Part shown: positions 21,928 to 33,135 of the stretch, in pieces
Layout: every line of letters starts with the position of its first letter
Position numbering within the stretch: position 1 is the stretch's first letter
NCBI RefSeq assembly: GCF_006345805.1
Contig: NC_043025.1
Span: 5,022,001-5,086,000 of the forward strand
Direction: 5' to 3'
Source: Octopus sinensis
Lineage: Eukaryota
Length of the DNA: 64,000 nucleotides
Position numbers and translations under genes: made by a program
The notes under the pieces: model-generated
The model's input: only the letters and a program-made list of their open reading frames with translations
Told to the model about the DNA's origin: nothing
Databases searched by the model: none

Positions 21928-22853
21928 TCAAAACTCCCATGTATCGTCTTGGATAGCAGTTAGGTTTTTCTGTATTTTCTCAATACTAGCAAATCGGTCA
22001 AACTCTTCCCAATCCTCATCAGCAGATGAGATACGCTTTTGGAGTTTTTGTATTTTGCTGGCTCGGTCGGAAAACGCAGACGGTTCGAATTCCTCCTCGG
22101 CATCGAGCTCTTCAATGTCCCTGTTGGAAACGGTGTCGGCACTCAACTTCTTCTCGCTCTTGAAGTTTTCGTGGTTCTGGGTTTTGTCTAGTTGGGTCCC
22201 CTCGAAGACCCACTGAGGGTTGGCGCGTTTCCGCTTGTTTACAACGGACGTGTTAGAGGTTGGCTGCAAGCCGCTGCTACTGCCACCACCACCACTACCA
22301 CCTCCACTGTTACTGTTGTTGTTCAGCTTGGAGGCCGGAGGTTTACCGACAGAGTTCTGGTTTTGGCAGGAATCGTCACTCCCTTTCTCTCTCACTCCGC
22401 CGCTCACCTCCTCAGCCTCGACCGAATTCTCCGAAGACAGCTTCCTCTGAATGGGTTCGAATTTAGGGAAGATCCACTGACCTCCGTCGCTGCTGCTCCT
22501 CTCTGGGGTCGTCTCGGAAATGATTGAGCTTTCACTATGGTTCGAACTATCCTCGTTTGGTTCGGTTTTCACGCTAAACGAACCATCAGGCTGTGAGTTG
22601 GAATTACTGTTCGCAGGATGCTGTTGCTGTTTGGCGCGCATACGATGATTGTGAAACCAATTAATAACAGTTTTAACGCCAACATTCAGCTCATTAGCCA
22701 AAACTTCTATGGTGTTTTGATTGGGGTACGGATCTTGCGCATACGCCTGACGTAGAATCTCCTTCTGTTCTTCTGTAAAGAATATGCGTGGACGTTTTGG
22801 TGCACTCGGTGCATCGAAGCACCGGTCATCAATGCTGCTCCTGCGTCTTCTTG
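21928..22853 (-). CDS. cut: Cut/CUX homeobox protein, terminal coding exon (homeodomain and C-terminus)
   Basis: Long poly-T tract plus CAG acceptor at 22854-22856; phase-1 join gives (A)RRRRSSIDDRCFDAPSAPKRPRIFFTEEQKEILRQAYAQDPYPNQNTIEVLANELNVGVKTVINWFHNHRMRAKQ...QDDTWEF*; His at homeodomain position 50 is Cut-class; 926 nt = 2 + 308 codons including TGA. Confidence 0.96.
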
Positions 22854-22972
22854 CTGCAAAAAAAAAAAAGAAAAAAGAAAAAAATGCAGAAATTAGAAAG
22901 ACGCAGTCAGCTGCAGTTTATGGCATCGAGTAACTTTCAAATAGAATCAAAGAAACGAAATTTAAAATTCAA

Positions 22973-25233
22973 CCCTTTAGCATTAAGGTTACGGACAAAT
23001 GCAACCCCTTATTTATTCGCATTTTGAAAAATTAATCAGGAATTATCACAGATACGAGATATTGATATGCTTATTTTTAGAATGACATTGTAGGGTAGGT
23101 GTGAGAGGCTGGATCTGGCCTTGTTTTGAATTAATCATACATTATCTCATAACTTTGAGATTTCAATGATGTAATTGGTTAGCTTTAGAATGACATTGTA
23201 GGGTAGGTGTGAGAGGCTGGATCTGGCCTTATTCTGAATTAATCATGCATTATCTCATAGCTTTGAGATTTCAATGATATGATTGTTTATTTTTAGAATG
23301 ACATTGTAGGGCAGGTGTGAGAGGCTGAATCTGGACCTTCTTTTGAATTAATCATGCATTATCTCAGAGCTTTGAGATTTCAATGATGAGATTGTATATT
23401 TTTAGAATGACATTGTAGGGTAGGTGTGAGAGGCTGGATCTGGCCTTGTTTTGAATTAATCATGCATTATCTCAGAGCTTTGAGATTTCAAAGATTTGAT
23501 TTTTTATCTTTAGAATGACATTGTAGGGTAGGTGTGAGAGGCAGGATCTGGCCTTGTTTTCAATGAATCATGCATTATCTCATAGCTTTGAGATTTCAAT
23601 GATGAGATTGTATATTTTTAGAATGACATTGTAGGGTAGGTGTGAGAGGCAGGATCTGGCCTTGTTTTCAATGAATCATGCATTATCTCATAGCTTTGAG
23701 ATTTCAAAGATGTAATTGGTTAGCTTTAGAATGACATTGTAGGGTAGGTGTGAGAGGCTGGATCTGGCCTTATTCTGAATTAATCATGCATTATCTCATA
23801 GCTTTGAGATTTCAATGATATGATTGTTTATTTTTAGAATGACATTGTAGGGCAGGTGTGAGAGGCTGGATCTGGCCTTGTTTTGAATTAAACATGCATT
23901 ATCTCATAGCTTTGAGATTTCAATGATGTGATTGTTTATTTTTAGAATGACATTGTAGGGTAGCTGTGAGATGCTGGATCTGGCCTTGTTTTGAATTAAA
24001 CATGCATTATCTCATAACTTTGAGATTTCAATGATGTGATTGTTTATTTCTAGAATGACATTGTAGGGTAGGTGTGAGAGGCTGGATCTGGCCTTGTTTT
24101 GAATTAATCATGCATTATCTCATAGCTTTGAGATTTCAATGATGTGATTGTTTATTTCTAGAATAACATTGTAGAGCAGGTGTGAGAGGCTGGATCTGGC
24201 CTTGTTTTGAATTAATCCTGCATTATCTCATAGCTTTGAGATTTCAATGTGATTGTTTATTTCTAGAATGACATTGTAGGGTAGGTGTGAGAGGCTGGAT
24301 CTGGCCTTGTTTTGAATTAATCATGCATTATCTCATAGCTTTGAGATTTCAATGATGTGATTGTTTATTTCTAGAATGACATTGTAGGGTAGGTGTGAGA
24401 GGTTGGATCTGGCCTTGTTTTGAATTAATCATGCATTATCTCATAGCTTTGAGATTTCAAAGATGTGATTGTTTATCTTTAGAATGACATTGTAGGGTAG
24501 GTGTGAGAGGCTGGATCTGGCCTTGTTTTGAATTAATCATGCATTATCTCATAGCTTTGAGATTTCAATGATGTGATTGTTTATTTCTAGAATGACATTG
24601 TAGGGTAGGTGTGAGAGGCTGGATCTGGCCTTGTTTTGAATTAATCATGCATTATCTCATAGCTTTGAGATTTCAATGATGTGATTGTTTATTTCTAGAA
24701 TGACATTGTAGGGTAGGTGTGAGAGGCTGGATCTGGCCTTGTTTTGAATTAATCATGCATTATCTCATAGCTTTGAGATTTCAATGATGTGATTGTTTAT
24801 TTTTAGAATGACATTGTAGGGTAGGTGTGAGAGGCTGGATCTGGCCTTGTTTTGAATTAATCATGCATTATCTCATAGCTTTGAGATTTCAATGATGTGA
24901 TTGTTTATTTCTAGAATGACATTGTAGGGTAGGTGTGAGAGGCTGGATCTGGCCTTGTTTTGAATTAATCATGCATTATCTCATAGCTTTGAGATTTCAA
25001 AGATGTGATTGTTTATTTTTAGAATGACATTGTAGGGTAGGTGTGAGAGGCTGGATCTGGCCTTGTTTTGAATTAATCATGCATTATCTCATAGCTTTGA
25101 GATTTCAAAGATGTGATTGTTTATATTTAGAATGACATTGTAGGGTAGGTGTGAGAGGTTGGACCTGGTCAGTTTGAAAGTAAAAACAGATGGACTTTTG
25201 GGGTTTGATACGACTGGTTTAAATGCTAAAGGA
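22973..25233. mobile_element. piggyBac-type non-autonomous element (MITE) swollen by an internal tandem array
   Basis: Left end TCAA|CCCTTTAGCATT (22973), right end AATGCTAAAGGA|TTAA (25233): 12-bp terminal inverted repeats with TTAA-like target duplication. Confidence 0.75.
23060..25160. repeat. 108-bp minisatellite, about 19-20 copies
   Basis: AATGACATTGTAGGGTAGG recurs at 23081, 23189, 23297 ... 25131. Confidence 0.97.
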
Positions 25234-25471
25234 TTAATGTCATACAATATAATAAAGTACAATATAAAATACAATAATGAATCAGAGTACAATATGAAAT
25301 AATGATATGTATCGAAGAATGATATGCAGGCATAACAATATAATAAAAGTACAAAATTAAATATCATATGCAGTAAAGAACAATATATCTAACAATGTAG
25401 CGAAAATGTAATACGAAGTATATTGGTCAACTGTTTATATTACAGGACTGGTGCCCCCATCTTCATTGTTG

Positions 25472-25608
25472 GCTTTCACTACATTTCATCTGTTGTATGC
25501 TCCAGCCATCTTCAGGTGTCTTGCGTTGAACTCGGTGCAATTACCATACAACAGCTGAGCTCAACGCAAGACACCTGAAGCATGCAACAGGTGAAACGTA
25601 GTGAAAGC
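25472..25608. repeat. Fold-back palindrome with degenerate hammerhead-like motifs
   Basis: CTTCAGGTGTCTTGCGTTGA (25510-25529) / TCAACGCAAGACACCTGAAG (25561-25580) perfect 20-bp arms plus outer near-perfect arms. Confidence 0.8.
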
Positions 25609-25894
25609 AACAAGCAAGATAAAGACATTGGTCTGATCGACGTAAACAACATCGCACATGAAATAAATTCCTCATCTCACAAACACAGAAAACATGGAGG
25701 GTTGTCAAATGAATTCGCTTGTTTTTTCTTTCTTTCTTTTTTTTTTTGTCCCCTTCCCCCCATACTTCACTTATTTCAATCTTTCCCAATATTATTTGAA
25801 TTAAGAGCAAAATATTTTTATTGTGGTATTTTATGTTCGCAACACAGGAATTTATAAACTTTTGAGAAAATGTGAAAGAATTTCTGGGTTTTAT

Positions 25895-26512
25895 TTCTTT
25901 TTCATAGCTTGCTTCCCAACCACATGGTTCCAGGTTCAGTCCCACTGCGTGGCATCTTGGGCAAGTGTCTTCTACTATAGCCTCGGGCTGACCAAAGCCT
26001 TGTGAGTGGATTTGGTAGACGGAAACTGAGAGAAGCCTGTCATATATATGAATATATATATATATATATATAGGAGTGGCTGTGAGGTAAGTAGCTTACT
26101 TCCCAACCACATGGTTCCGGGTTCAGCCCCACTGCGTGGCACCTTGGGCAAGTTTCTTCTACTATAGCCTCAGGCCGACCAAAGACTTGTGAGTGGATTT
26201 GATAGATGGAAACTGAAAGAAGCCCATCGTATATATGTATATGTGTGTGTGTGTGTGTATATATATATGTGTGTGTGTGTGTGTGTATATATATGTGTGT
26301 GTGTGTGTGTGTTCACCCCCACCCCCAACATCGCTTGACAACCGATGCTGGTGTGTTTACGTCCCCGTCACTTAGCGGTTCGGCAAAAGAGACTGATCGA
26401 ATAGGTACTGGGCTTACGAAGACTAAATCCCGGGGTCGATGTGCTCGACTAAAGGCGGTGCTCCAGCATGGCCGCAGTCAAATGACTGAAACAAGTAAAA
26501 GAGTAAAAGAAC
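25895..26512 (+). mobile_element. Partial plus full family C CORE-like SINE
   Basis: GGAGTGGCTGTG...GGTTCAG.CCCACTGCGTGGCACCTTGGGCAAG...CCAGCATGGCCGCAGTCAAATGACTGAAACAAGTAAAAGAGTAAAAG. Confidence 0.9.
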
Positions 26513-26519
26513 AGTGGCT

Positions 26520-26795
26520 CTGGAAGCACAAAGACTGCCTCACCATCGGTCCTGATGAGGCAGTCCTCAACTGGACAACATGCTCGTGAGATTAACATGC
26601 TAGTGGCTGAGTGCTCCACAGACAGACATGCTTACTCTTAATGCAAATTCATGGGGAGATTCAGCTTGATACAGAATGTGGCAAGGCTGATCCTTTGAAA
26701 TACAGGTACTACTCATTTTTGCCGGCTGAGTGGATTTAAGAGCAATGTGGAATAAAGGTGCTGCCAGGGATTGAACTCACGACCTTATGGCCGTG
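26520..26795 (-). mobile_element. tRNA-derived SINE fragment related to 44333-44700
   Basis: GTGGCTGAGTGCTCCACAGAC...CTTAA matches the reverse complement of 44600-44640; ends in GGGATTGAACTCACGACC. Confidence 0.6.
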
Positions 26796-27190
26796 AAATA
26801 ATGGCAAGAAAAACCCCTTCGAATAGAAACATTCAAAAGCTGCCTGTAACATTATTTTTTTTTTTTGGTAGTTCTGTTCTTCTACAACTTTTGTTAATTA
26901 TTTTTGAAATACAAAGAAATTAAACCTCTTTTCAGGCAAATGATGGAATACCAAGCAGAAAAAACAAACAATCACCCCCCCCCCCAAAAAAAAAAATTCA
27001 TCTGACAGCCCGATGCAATCCGGTGAAGTACAATATGTCCAACATAACAATATATATAAATATATATATATGTATGTAAATATATATATATATTCAGATG
27101 ATTATGGTACTTAATTTGAGGCACCAGAATTTAGTATGGTATTATCCATACAATTTAAAATAAGATGATTAAAATCAAAATGAGTAACGA

Positions 27191-27438
27191 GGATATTCAG
27201 AGGTAATGCAGTACGATCGTTTCATGCGACTCCATTTAATTGAACAATGCAATCATTTCATTACATCAATTTAAAATGTAGAGCAATCTTCAGCTGCACA
27301 AAAAACACAAATTTAATTAAATTCTATGTTTTTTGTGCACCTGAAGATTGCTCTACATTTTAAATTGATGTAATGTTTGCATTGTTCAATTAAATGGAGT
27401 CGCATGAAACGATCGTACTGCATTATCTCTGGATATTC
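27191..27438. ncRNA. Long palindrome carrying a type I hammerhead-ribozyme motif on each strand
   Basis: About 115-bp near-perfect arms around an AATTTAATTAAATT loop; minus strand reads UGCAG CUGAAGA [helix II] GAAAC GAUC GUA CUGCA; plus-strand mirror at 27341-27422. Confidence 0.6.
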
Positions 27439-27989
27439 TGTTGCTTATTTTGATTATATATATATATACATATATATGAAACAATATAACAGCACGTTGA
27501 AATTGTATTAAACATCTGTTTTGCTGTCTGTGCAGCAATGGAACATGGAAAAGGAGAAATGCTATGGAGAAATAGCAGAGCAGAAATGCTATATAATATA
27601 ACATCGATATAAGTTTATATATTATCATATGATATGGAGCAATAAAAGGTTATGACTTGATGTTATCACAACAGAGAGCAATCATAACAGAAACTGAAAG
27701 ATGGGACGATGTTAAAATGTAAGAATGATAGAGGGTCGGACAGAGAATAACAACAATATTGGGTAATAACAACGTAGAGTAATGACAACATCTGTTAACA
27801 ACAAACTAGAGTAATAACAACGTATTGGAGTAATAACAGACAAGGTAATATTTCCTCAGTGCCCAGATATGTTTTTCACAGGATATTGGAAACGAACGAC
27901 ACTGCTTGTATGACAGTGACACTCATTTACAATTATCATGCTATCAAGACAAGAACACATACACACACATTTTTTTTTTGGAGGGGGAG

Positions 27990-28145
27990 GTGTTTCTTTC
28001 AGTTTCTGTCTACTAAATCCACTCACAAGACATTGGCTGGCTTGGCACTGTCGTAGAAGACACTTGCCCAAAACGCCATTCAGTAGGACTGAACCCAGAG
28101 CCATATGGTCGAGAAACAAACTTATTACCACACAGCCACACCAGG
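27990..28145 (-). mobile_element. Family C SINE head fragment
   Basis: TTTCAGTTTCTGTCTACTAAATCCACTCACAAG...AGAAGACACTTGCCCAA...TTACCACACAGCCAC. Confidence 0.75.
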
Positions 28146-28197
28146 TCAACATGCAAAGATAATAACAATAATAATAATAATGATGATGATAATAATA

Positions 28198-28840
28198 AAT
28201 GCCCTGATGCAGTACCAGGCAGTGGCTCTCATGGCTTCTGATCTTAACTGATTGGAAGTGTTATCATGTACATTGTTTTGTCTTGGTATAAAAGATGGGC
28301 TACAGCAAATATTCTGCTCAATACCACAGATTTGCTAATGCCCTGATGCAGTACCAGGCAGTGGTTCTCATGGCTTCTGATCTTAACTGATTGGAAGTGT
28401 TATCATGTACATTGTTTTGTCTCGGTATAAAAGATGGGCTACAGCAAATATTCTGCTCAATGCCACAGATTTGCTAGTCAGTTGTTTGACCGTAACCAGT
28501 TGAGCATGTCCCTTAGTGGTTGACGATATGTGCAACTCTGATCAGGGGTAGAAGTAGTGGGGGAGCATCATAGCCATGTGTTGAGATGGATTCTTTGGGG
28601 TTTGGATAATTCACCTTTGGAGACATGGGTGGTTCTTTCAACATCCTTAAACAACCCTTATTCAGTGACCTTATGAGCGGGATGGCTACTCGATCAGAAG
28701 AAAATTCTAACTGGGCCTCACCTGCAAGGTCATGTGCTGTGTATCTTGATACGAGATCATCATGTCGCACACATATGGTTGAAGTGCATGTGCCTGGTGT
28801 ACCCTTATCAGACAGGGTATTCATGATGGGTAACATATGC
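28198..28840 (+). mobile_element. Dispersed element with two 139-bp monomers (unclassified)
   Basis: Monomers start at 28198 and 28337; unique body follows as in 32029-32446; preceded by (AAT)n. Confidence 0.85.
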
Positions 28841-29049
28841 ACAAGGCCTGAAATTTTAGCAGGAGGGGGATAGTCAATAGCATCAACCCCAGTGCTCCCA
28901 ACTGGTAATTATTTTATGATGGCCATAAAGGGTTGAATGGCTAAGTCAACCTTCATGACATCTGAACTCAAAAGAAGGAAATGGTGCTAAGCATTTTGCC
29001 TGGGGTGCTAACAAATCTACCAGCATGCTGTCATAATAATCTCTCTCTC

Positions 29050-29410
29050 TATCCGCTCAGTTGAAGTCGACTCTCAGTCACTCATTGGATCAGTGTCCTC
29101 CAGTCAGTTCTATCCTGGGCCGCTTCTTTCAGACTGGCCATGTCCATTCCGGTATCACTCCTGATGGTGTCAAGCCAGCGGGTTCTTGGTCGGCCTCTTC
29201 CTCTCTTGCCACTGACCTTTCCGAGCATGATGTCCTTCTCCAGGGATTTTCTCCGCATAATATGACCGAAATATGCCAATCTATGCTTGGTGATCCTAGC
29301 TTCTAGCAACATTTTCGGCCTGATCTGCTTAAGAACTTCTCCATTGATGAGCCTTGCTGTCCATGGAATCCGTAAAAGTCTTCTCCAACACCAAAGCTCG
29401 AATGCATTAA
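29050..29410 (-). mobile_element. RTE (BovB-like) LINE 3' fragment
   Basis: INAFELWCWRRLLRIPWTAR...YFGHIMRRKSLEKDIMLGKVSGKRGRGRPRTRWLD...DRTDWR is the typical RTE ORF C-terminus. Confidence 0.92.
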
Positions 29411-29427
29411 TAGTAATAATAATAATA

Positions 29428-29460
<33 letters not shown>

Positions 29461-29917
29461 GATAATAAAGATAAATGTGTGTGTGTGTGTATATATGAAT
29501 AACAATGTCTGTGTGTGTTGAAATCAAACAAGAGAGAATAAAAGGAACATTATTATTAAACAGAAATAATAAAAATAATAAAGAAACCCAACAAGCAAAA
29601 AAACCCCAACTATTTGAAGAGAGACAATATCGAGAGACAGATGCGTGAATTGGGAATGAAACAAAAAAATGTGACATAATCGGCAACAAACAATACTGAA
29701 GACGGAAAAGAAAAGAAAAGAAAAGAGTTGTAACTGAGGCACGAGGGGAGCCATTTTGAGCACTTCGCTGGTACTTAATTATATTGACCATGGAGGAAGG
29801 AAAAGGAAAGTGGACCTTGCTGGGATTTGAAACCAAATCATCAAGACCTGAAACAGAATACTATAAAGCATTTTGTCGTCTGTTTTTTTTTAAAAATTAT
29901 TCAGCCAATCACACCAT

Positions 29918-29948
<31 letters not shown>

Positions 29949-29951
<3 letters not shown>

Positions 29952-32028
29952 GCCCTGATGCAATACCAGGCAGTGGTTCTCATGGCTTCTGATCTTAACT
30001 GATTGGAAGTGTTATCATGTACATTGTTTTGTCTTGGTATAAAAGATGGGCTACAGCAAATATTCTGCTCAATACCACAGATTTGCTAATGCCCTGATGC
30101 AGTACCAGGCAGTGGCTCTCATGGCTTCTGATCTTAACTTATTGGAAGTGTTATCATGTACATTGTTTTGTCTTGGTATAAAAGATGGGCTACAGAAAAT
30201 ATTCTGCTCAATACCACAGATTTGCTAATGTCCTGATGCAGTACCAGGCAGTGGCTCTCATGGCTTCTGATCTTAACTGATTGGAAGTGTTATCATGTAC
30301 ATTGTTTTGTCTTGGTATAAAAGATGGGCTACAGCAAATATTCTGCTCAATACCACAGATTTGCTAATACCCTGATGCAGTACCAGGCAGTGGCTCTCAT
30401 GGCTTCTGATCTTAACTGATTGGAAGTGTTATCATGTACATTGTTTTGTCTTGGTATAAAAGATGGGCTACAGCAAATATTCTGCTCAATACCACAGATT
30501 TGCTAATACCCTGATGCAGTACCAGGCAGTGGCTCTCATGGCTTCTGATCTTAACTGATTGGAAGTGTTATCATGTACATTGTTTTGTCTTGGTATAAAA
30601 GATGGGCTACAGCAAATATTCTGCTCAATACCACAGATTTGCTAATGCCCTGATGCAGTACCAGGCAGTGGCTCTCATGGCTTCTGATCTTAACTGATTA
30701 GAAGTGTTATCATATACATTGTTTTGTCTTGGTATAAAAGATGGGTTACAGCAAATATTCTGCTCAATACCACAGTTTGCTAATGCCCTGATGCAGTACC
30801 AGGCAGTGGTTCTCATGGCTTTGATCTTAACTGATTAGAAGTGTTATCATCTACATTGTTTTGTCTTGGTATAAAAGATGGGCTACAGCAAATATTCTGC
30901 TCAATACCACAGATTTGCTAATGTGCTGATGCAGTACCAGGCAGTGGTTCTCATGGCTCCTGATCTTAACTGATTGGAAGTGTATCATGAACATTGTTTT
31001 GTCTGGTATAAAAGATGGGCTACAGCAATATTCTGCTCAATACCACAGATTTGCTAATGCCCTGATGCAGTACCAGGCAGTGGCTCTCATGGCTTCTGAT
31101 CTTAACTTATTGGAAGTGTTATCATGTACATTGTTTTGTCTTGGTATAAAAGATGGGCTACAGCAAATATTCTGCTCAATACCACAGATTTGCTAATGTC
31201 CTGATGCAGTACCAGGCAGTGGTTCTCATGGCTTCTGATCTTAACTGATTGGAAGTGTTATCATGTACATTGTTTTGTCTTGGTATAAAAGATGGGCTAC
31301 AGCAAATATTCTGCTCAATACCACAGATTTGCTAATACCCTGATGCAGTACCAGGCAGTGGCTCTCATGGCTTCTGATCTTAACTGATTGGAAGTGTTAT
31401 CATGTACATTGTTTTGTCTTGGTATAAAAGATGGGCTACAGCAAATATTCTGCTCAATACCACAGATTTGCTAATGCCCTGATGCAGTACCAGGCAGTGG
31501 TTCTCATGGCTTCTGATCTTAACTGATTAGAAGTGTTATCATATACATTGTTTTCTCTTGGTATAAAAGATGGGTTACAGCAAATATTCTGCTCAATACC
31601 GCAGATTTGCTAATGCCCTGATGCAGTACCAGGCAGTGGTTCTCATGGCTTCTGATCTTAACTGATTAGAAGTGTTATCATGTACATTGTTTTGTCTTGG
31701 TATAAAAGATGGGCTACAGCAAATATTCTGCTCAATACCACAGATTTGCTAATGTCCTGATGCAGTACCAGGCAGTGGTTCTCATGGCTTCTGATCTTAA
31801 CTGATTGGAAGTGTTATCATGAACATTGTTTTGTCTTGGTATAAAAGATGGGCTACAGCAAATATTCTGCTCAATACCACAGATTTGCTAATGCCCTGAT
31901 GCAGTACTAGGCAGTGGCTCTCATGGCTTCTGATCTTAACTGATTAGAAGTGTTATCATGTACATTGTTTTGTCTTGGTATAAAAGATGGTCTACAGCAA
32001 ATATTCTGCTCAATACCACAGATTTGCT
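29949..32028. repeat. 139-bp minisatellite, 15 copies
   Basis: AATG(C/T)CCTGATGCAGTACCAGGCAGTGG recurs at 29949, 30088, 30227 ... 31890. Confidence 0.97.
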
Positions 32029-32446
32029 TGTCAGTTGTTTGACCTTACCCATTTGAGCATGTCCCTTAGTGGCTGACGATATGTGCATCTCTGATCACGA
32101 GCAGAAGTAGTGGGGGAGCATCATAGCCGTGTGTTGAGAGGGATTCTTTGGGGTTTGAATAATTCACCTCTGGAAACATGGGTGGTTCTTTCAACATCCT
32201 TAAACAACTCTAATTCAGGGACCTTTTGAGCGGGATGGGCTACTCAACCTGAAGAAAATTCTAACTGGGCCCCACCTGCAAGGTCATGCGCTGTTTATCT
32301 TGATATGAGATCACCATGTCGCGCACATATGGTTGTGATGCATGTGCCTCGTGTTCCCTTATCAGACAGGTAGTCATGATGGGTATACTGGGCTTCGTAT
32401 ATTTTACCCCAGTGTCACTTTGATGGCATGCACTGCTCTCTCACTC
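29949..32446 (+). mobile_element. Full copy of the 139-bp-monomer element with expanded monomer array
   Basis: Array followed by about 420 bp of unique body ending CTCTCTCACTC-(AAT)n; flanked by (AAT)n on both sides. Confidence 0.85.
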
Positions 32447-32714
32447 AATAATAATAATAATAATAATGTTTTCTACTATAGGCACAAGGCCTGAAATTTT
32501 AGGGGAGGGGACTAGTTGATTGTATTGACCCCAGTGTTTCACTGGTGCTTAATTTATCGACCCTGAAAGGATGAAAGGCAAAGTCGACCTCAGTGGAATT
32601 TGAACTCAGTATGTAAAAACAGATGAGATGCTGATAAGCATTTTGCGTGGTGTGCTAATGATTCTGCCAGCTCACTGCTTTGATAATGACGACGATGATG
32701 ATGATGTGAAGATC

Positions 32715-33135
32715 ATCTCATAGCTTTGAGATTTTGCTGATATGATTGTTTGTTTTAGAATGACATTGTAGGGCAGGTGTGAGAGGCAGGATCTGGAAAG
32801 TTTGAATATAAAACAGGTCGACTATTTGTACAGGAGATGGCTAGCTTAAATTCTAAAGGGTTAATACCTTAAACCCTTTAGCATTCAGATTAATCCGTCG
32901 AATGTAATCCTAATCCTTGCTTATCCACATTGCTTTGAATTAATCACGGATCATCTCATAGCTTTGAGATTTCAATGTGATTGTTTGGTTTTAGAATGAC
33001 ATTGTAGGGTAGGTGTGAGAGGCTGAATCTGGCCTTGTTTTGAATTAATCATGCATTATCTCATAGCTTTGAGATTTCAAAGATGTGATTGTTTATTTTT
33101 AGGACACTGTTGGGTAGGTGTGAGAGGCCAGATGA
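32715..33135 (+). mobile_element. Two adjacent short copies of the piggyBac-type MITE
   Basis: Right end AATTCTAAAGGG|TTAA at 32860 then new left end CCCTTTAGCATT at 32874; contain one and two 108-bp cores. Confidence 0.75.

Noticed and set aside
26533-26565. 10-bp perfect hairpin GACTGCCTCA/TGAGGCAGTC containing CTGATGAG
   Set aside because: No downstream GAAA; sits at the edge of a SINE fragment; too small to interpret.
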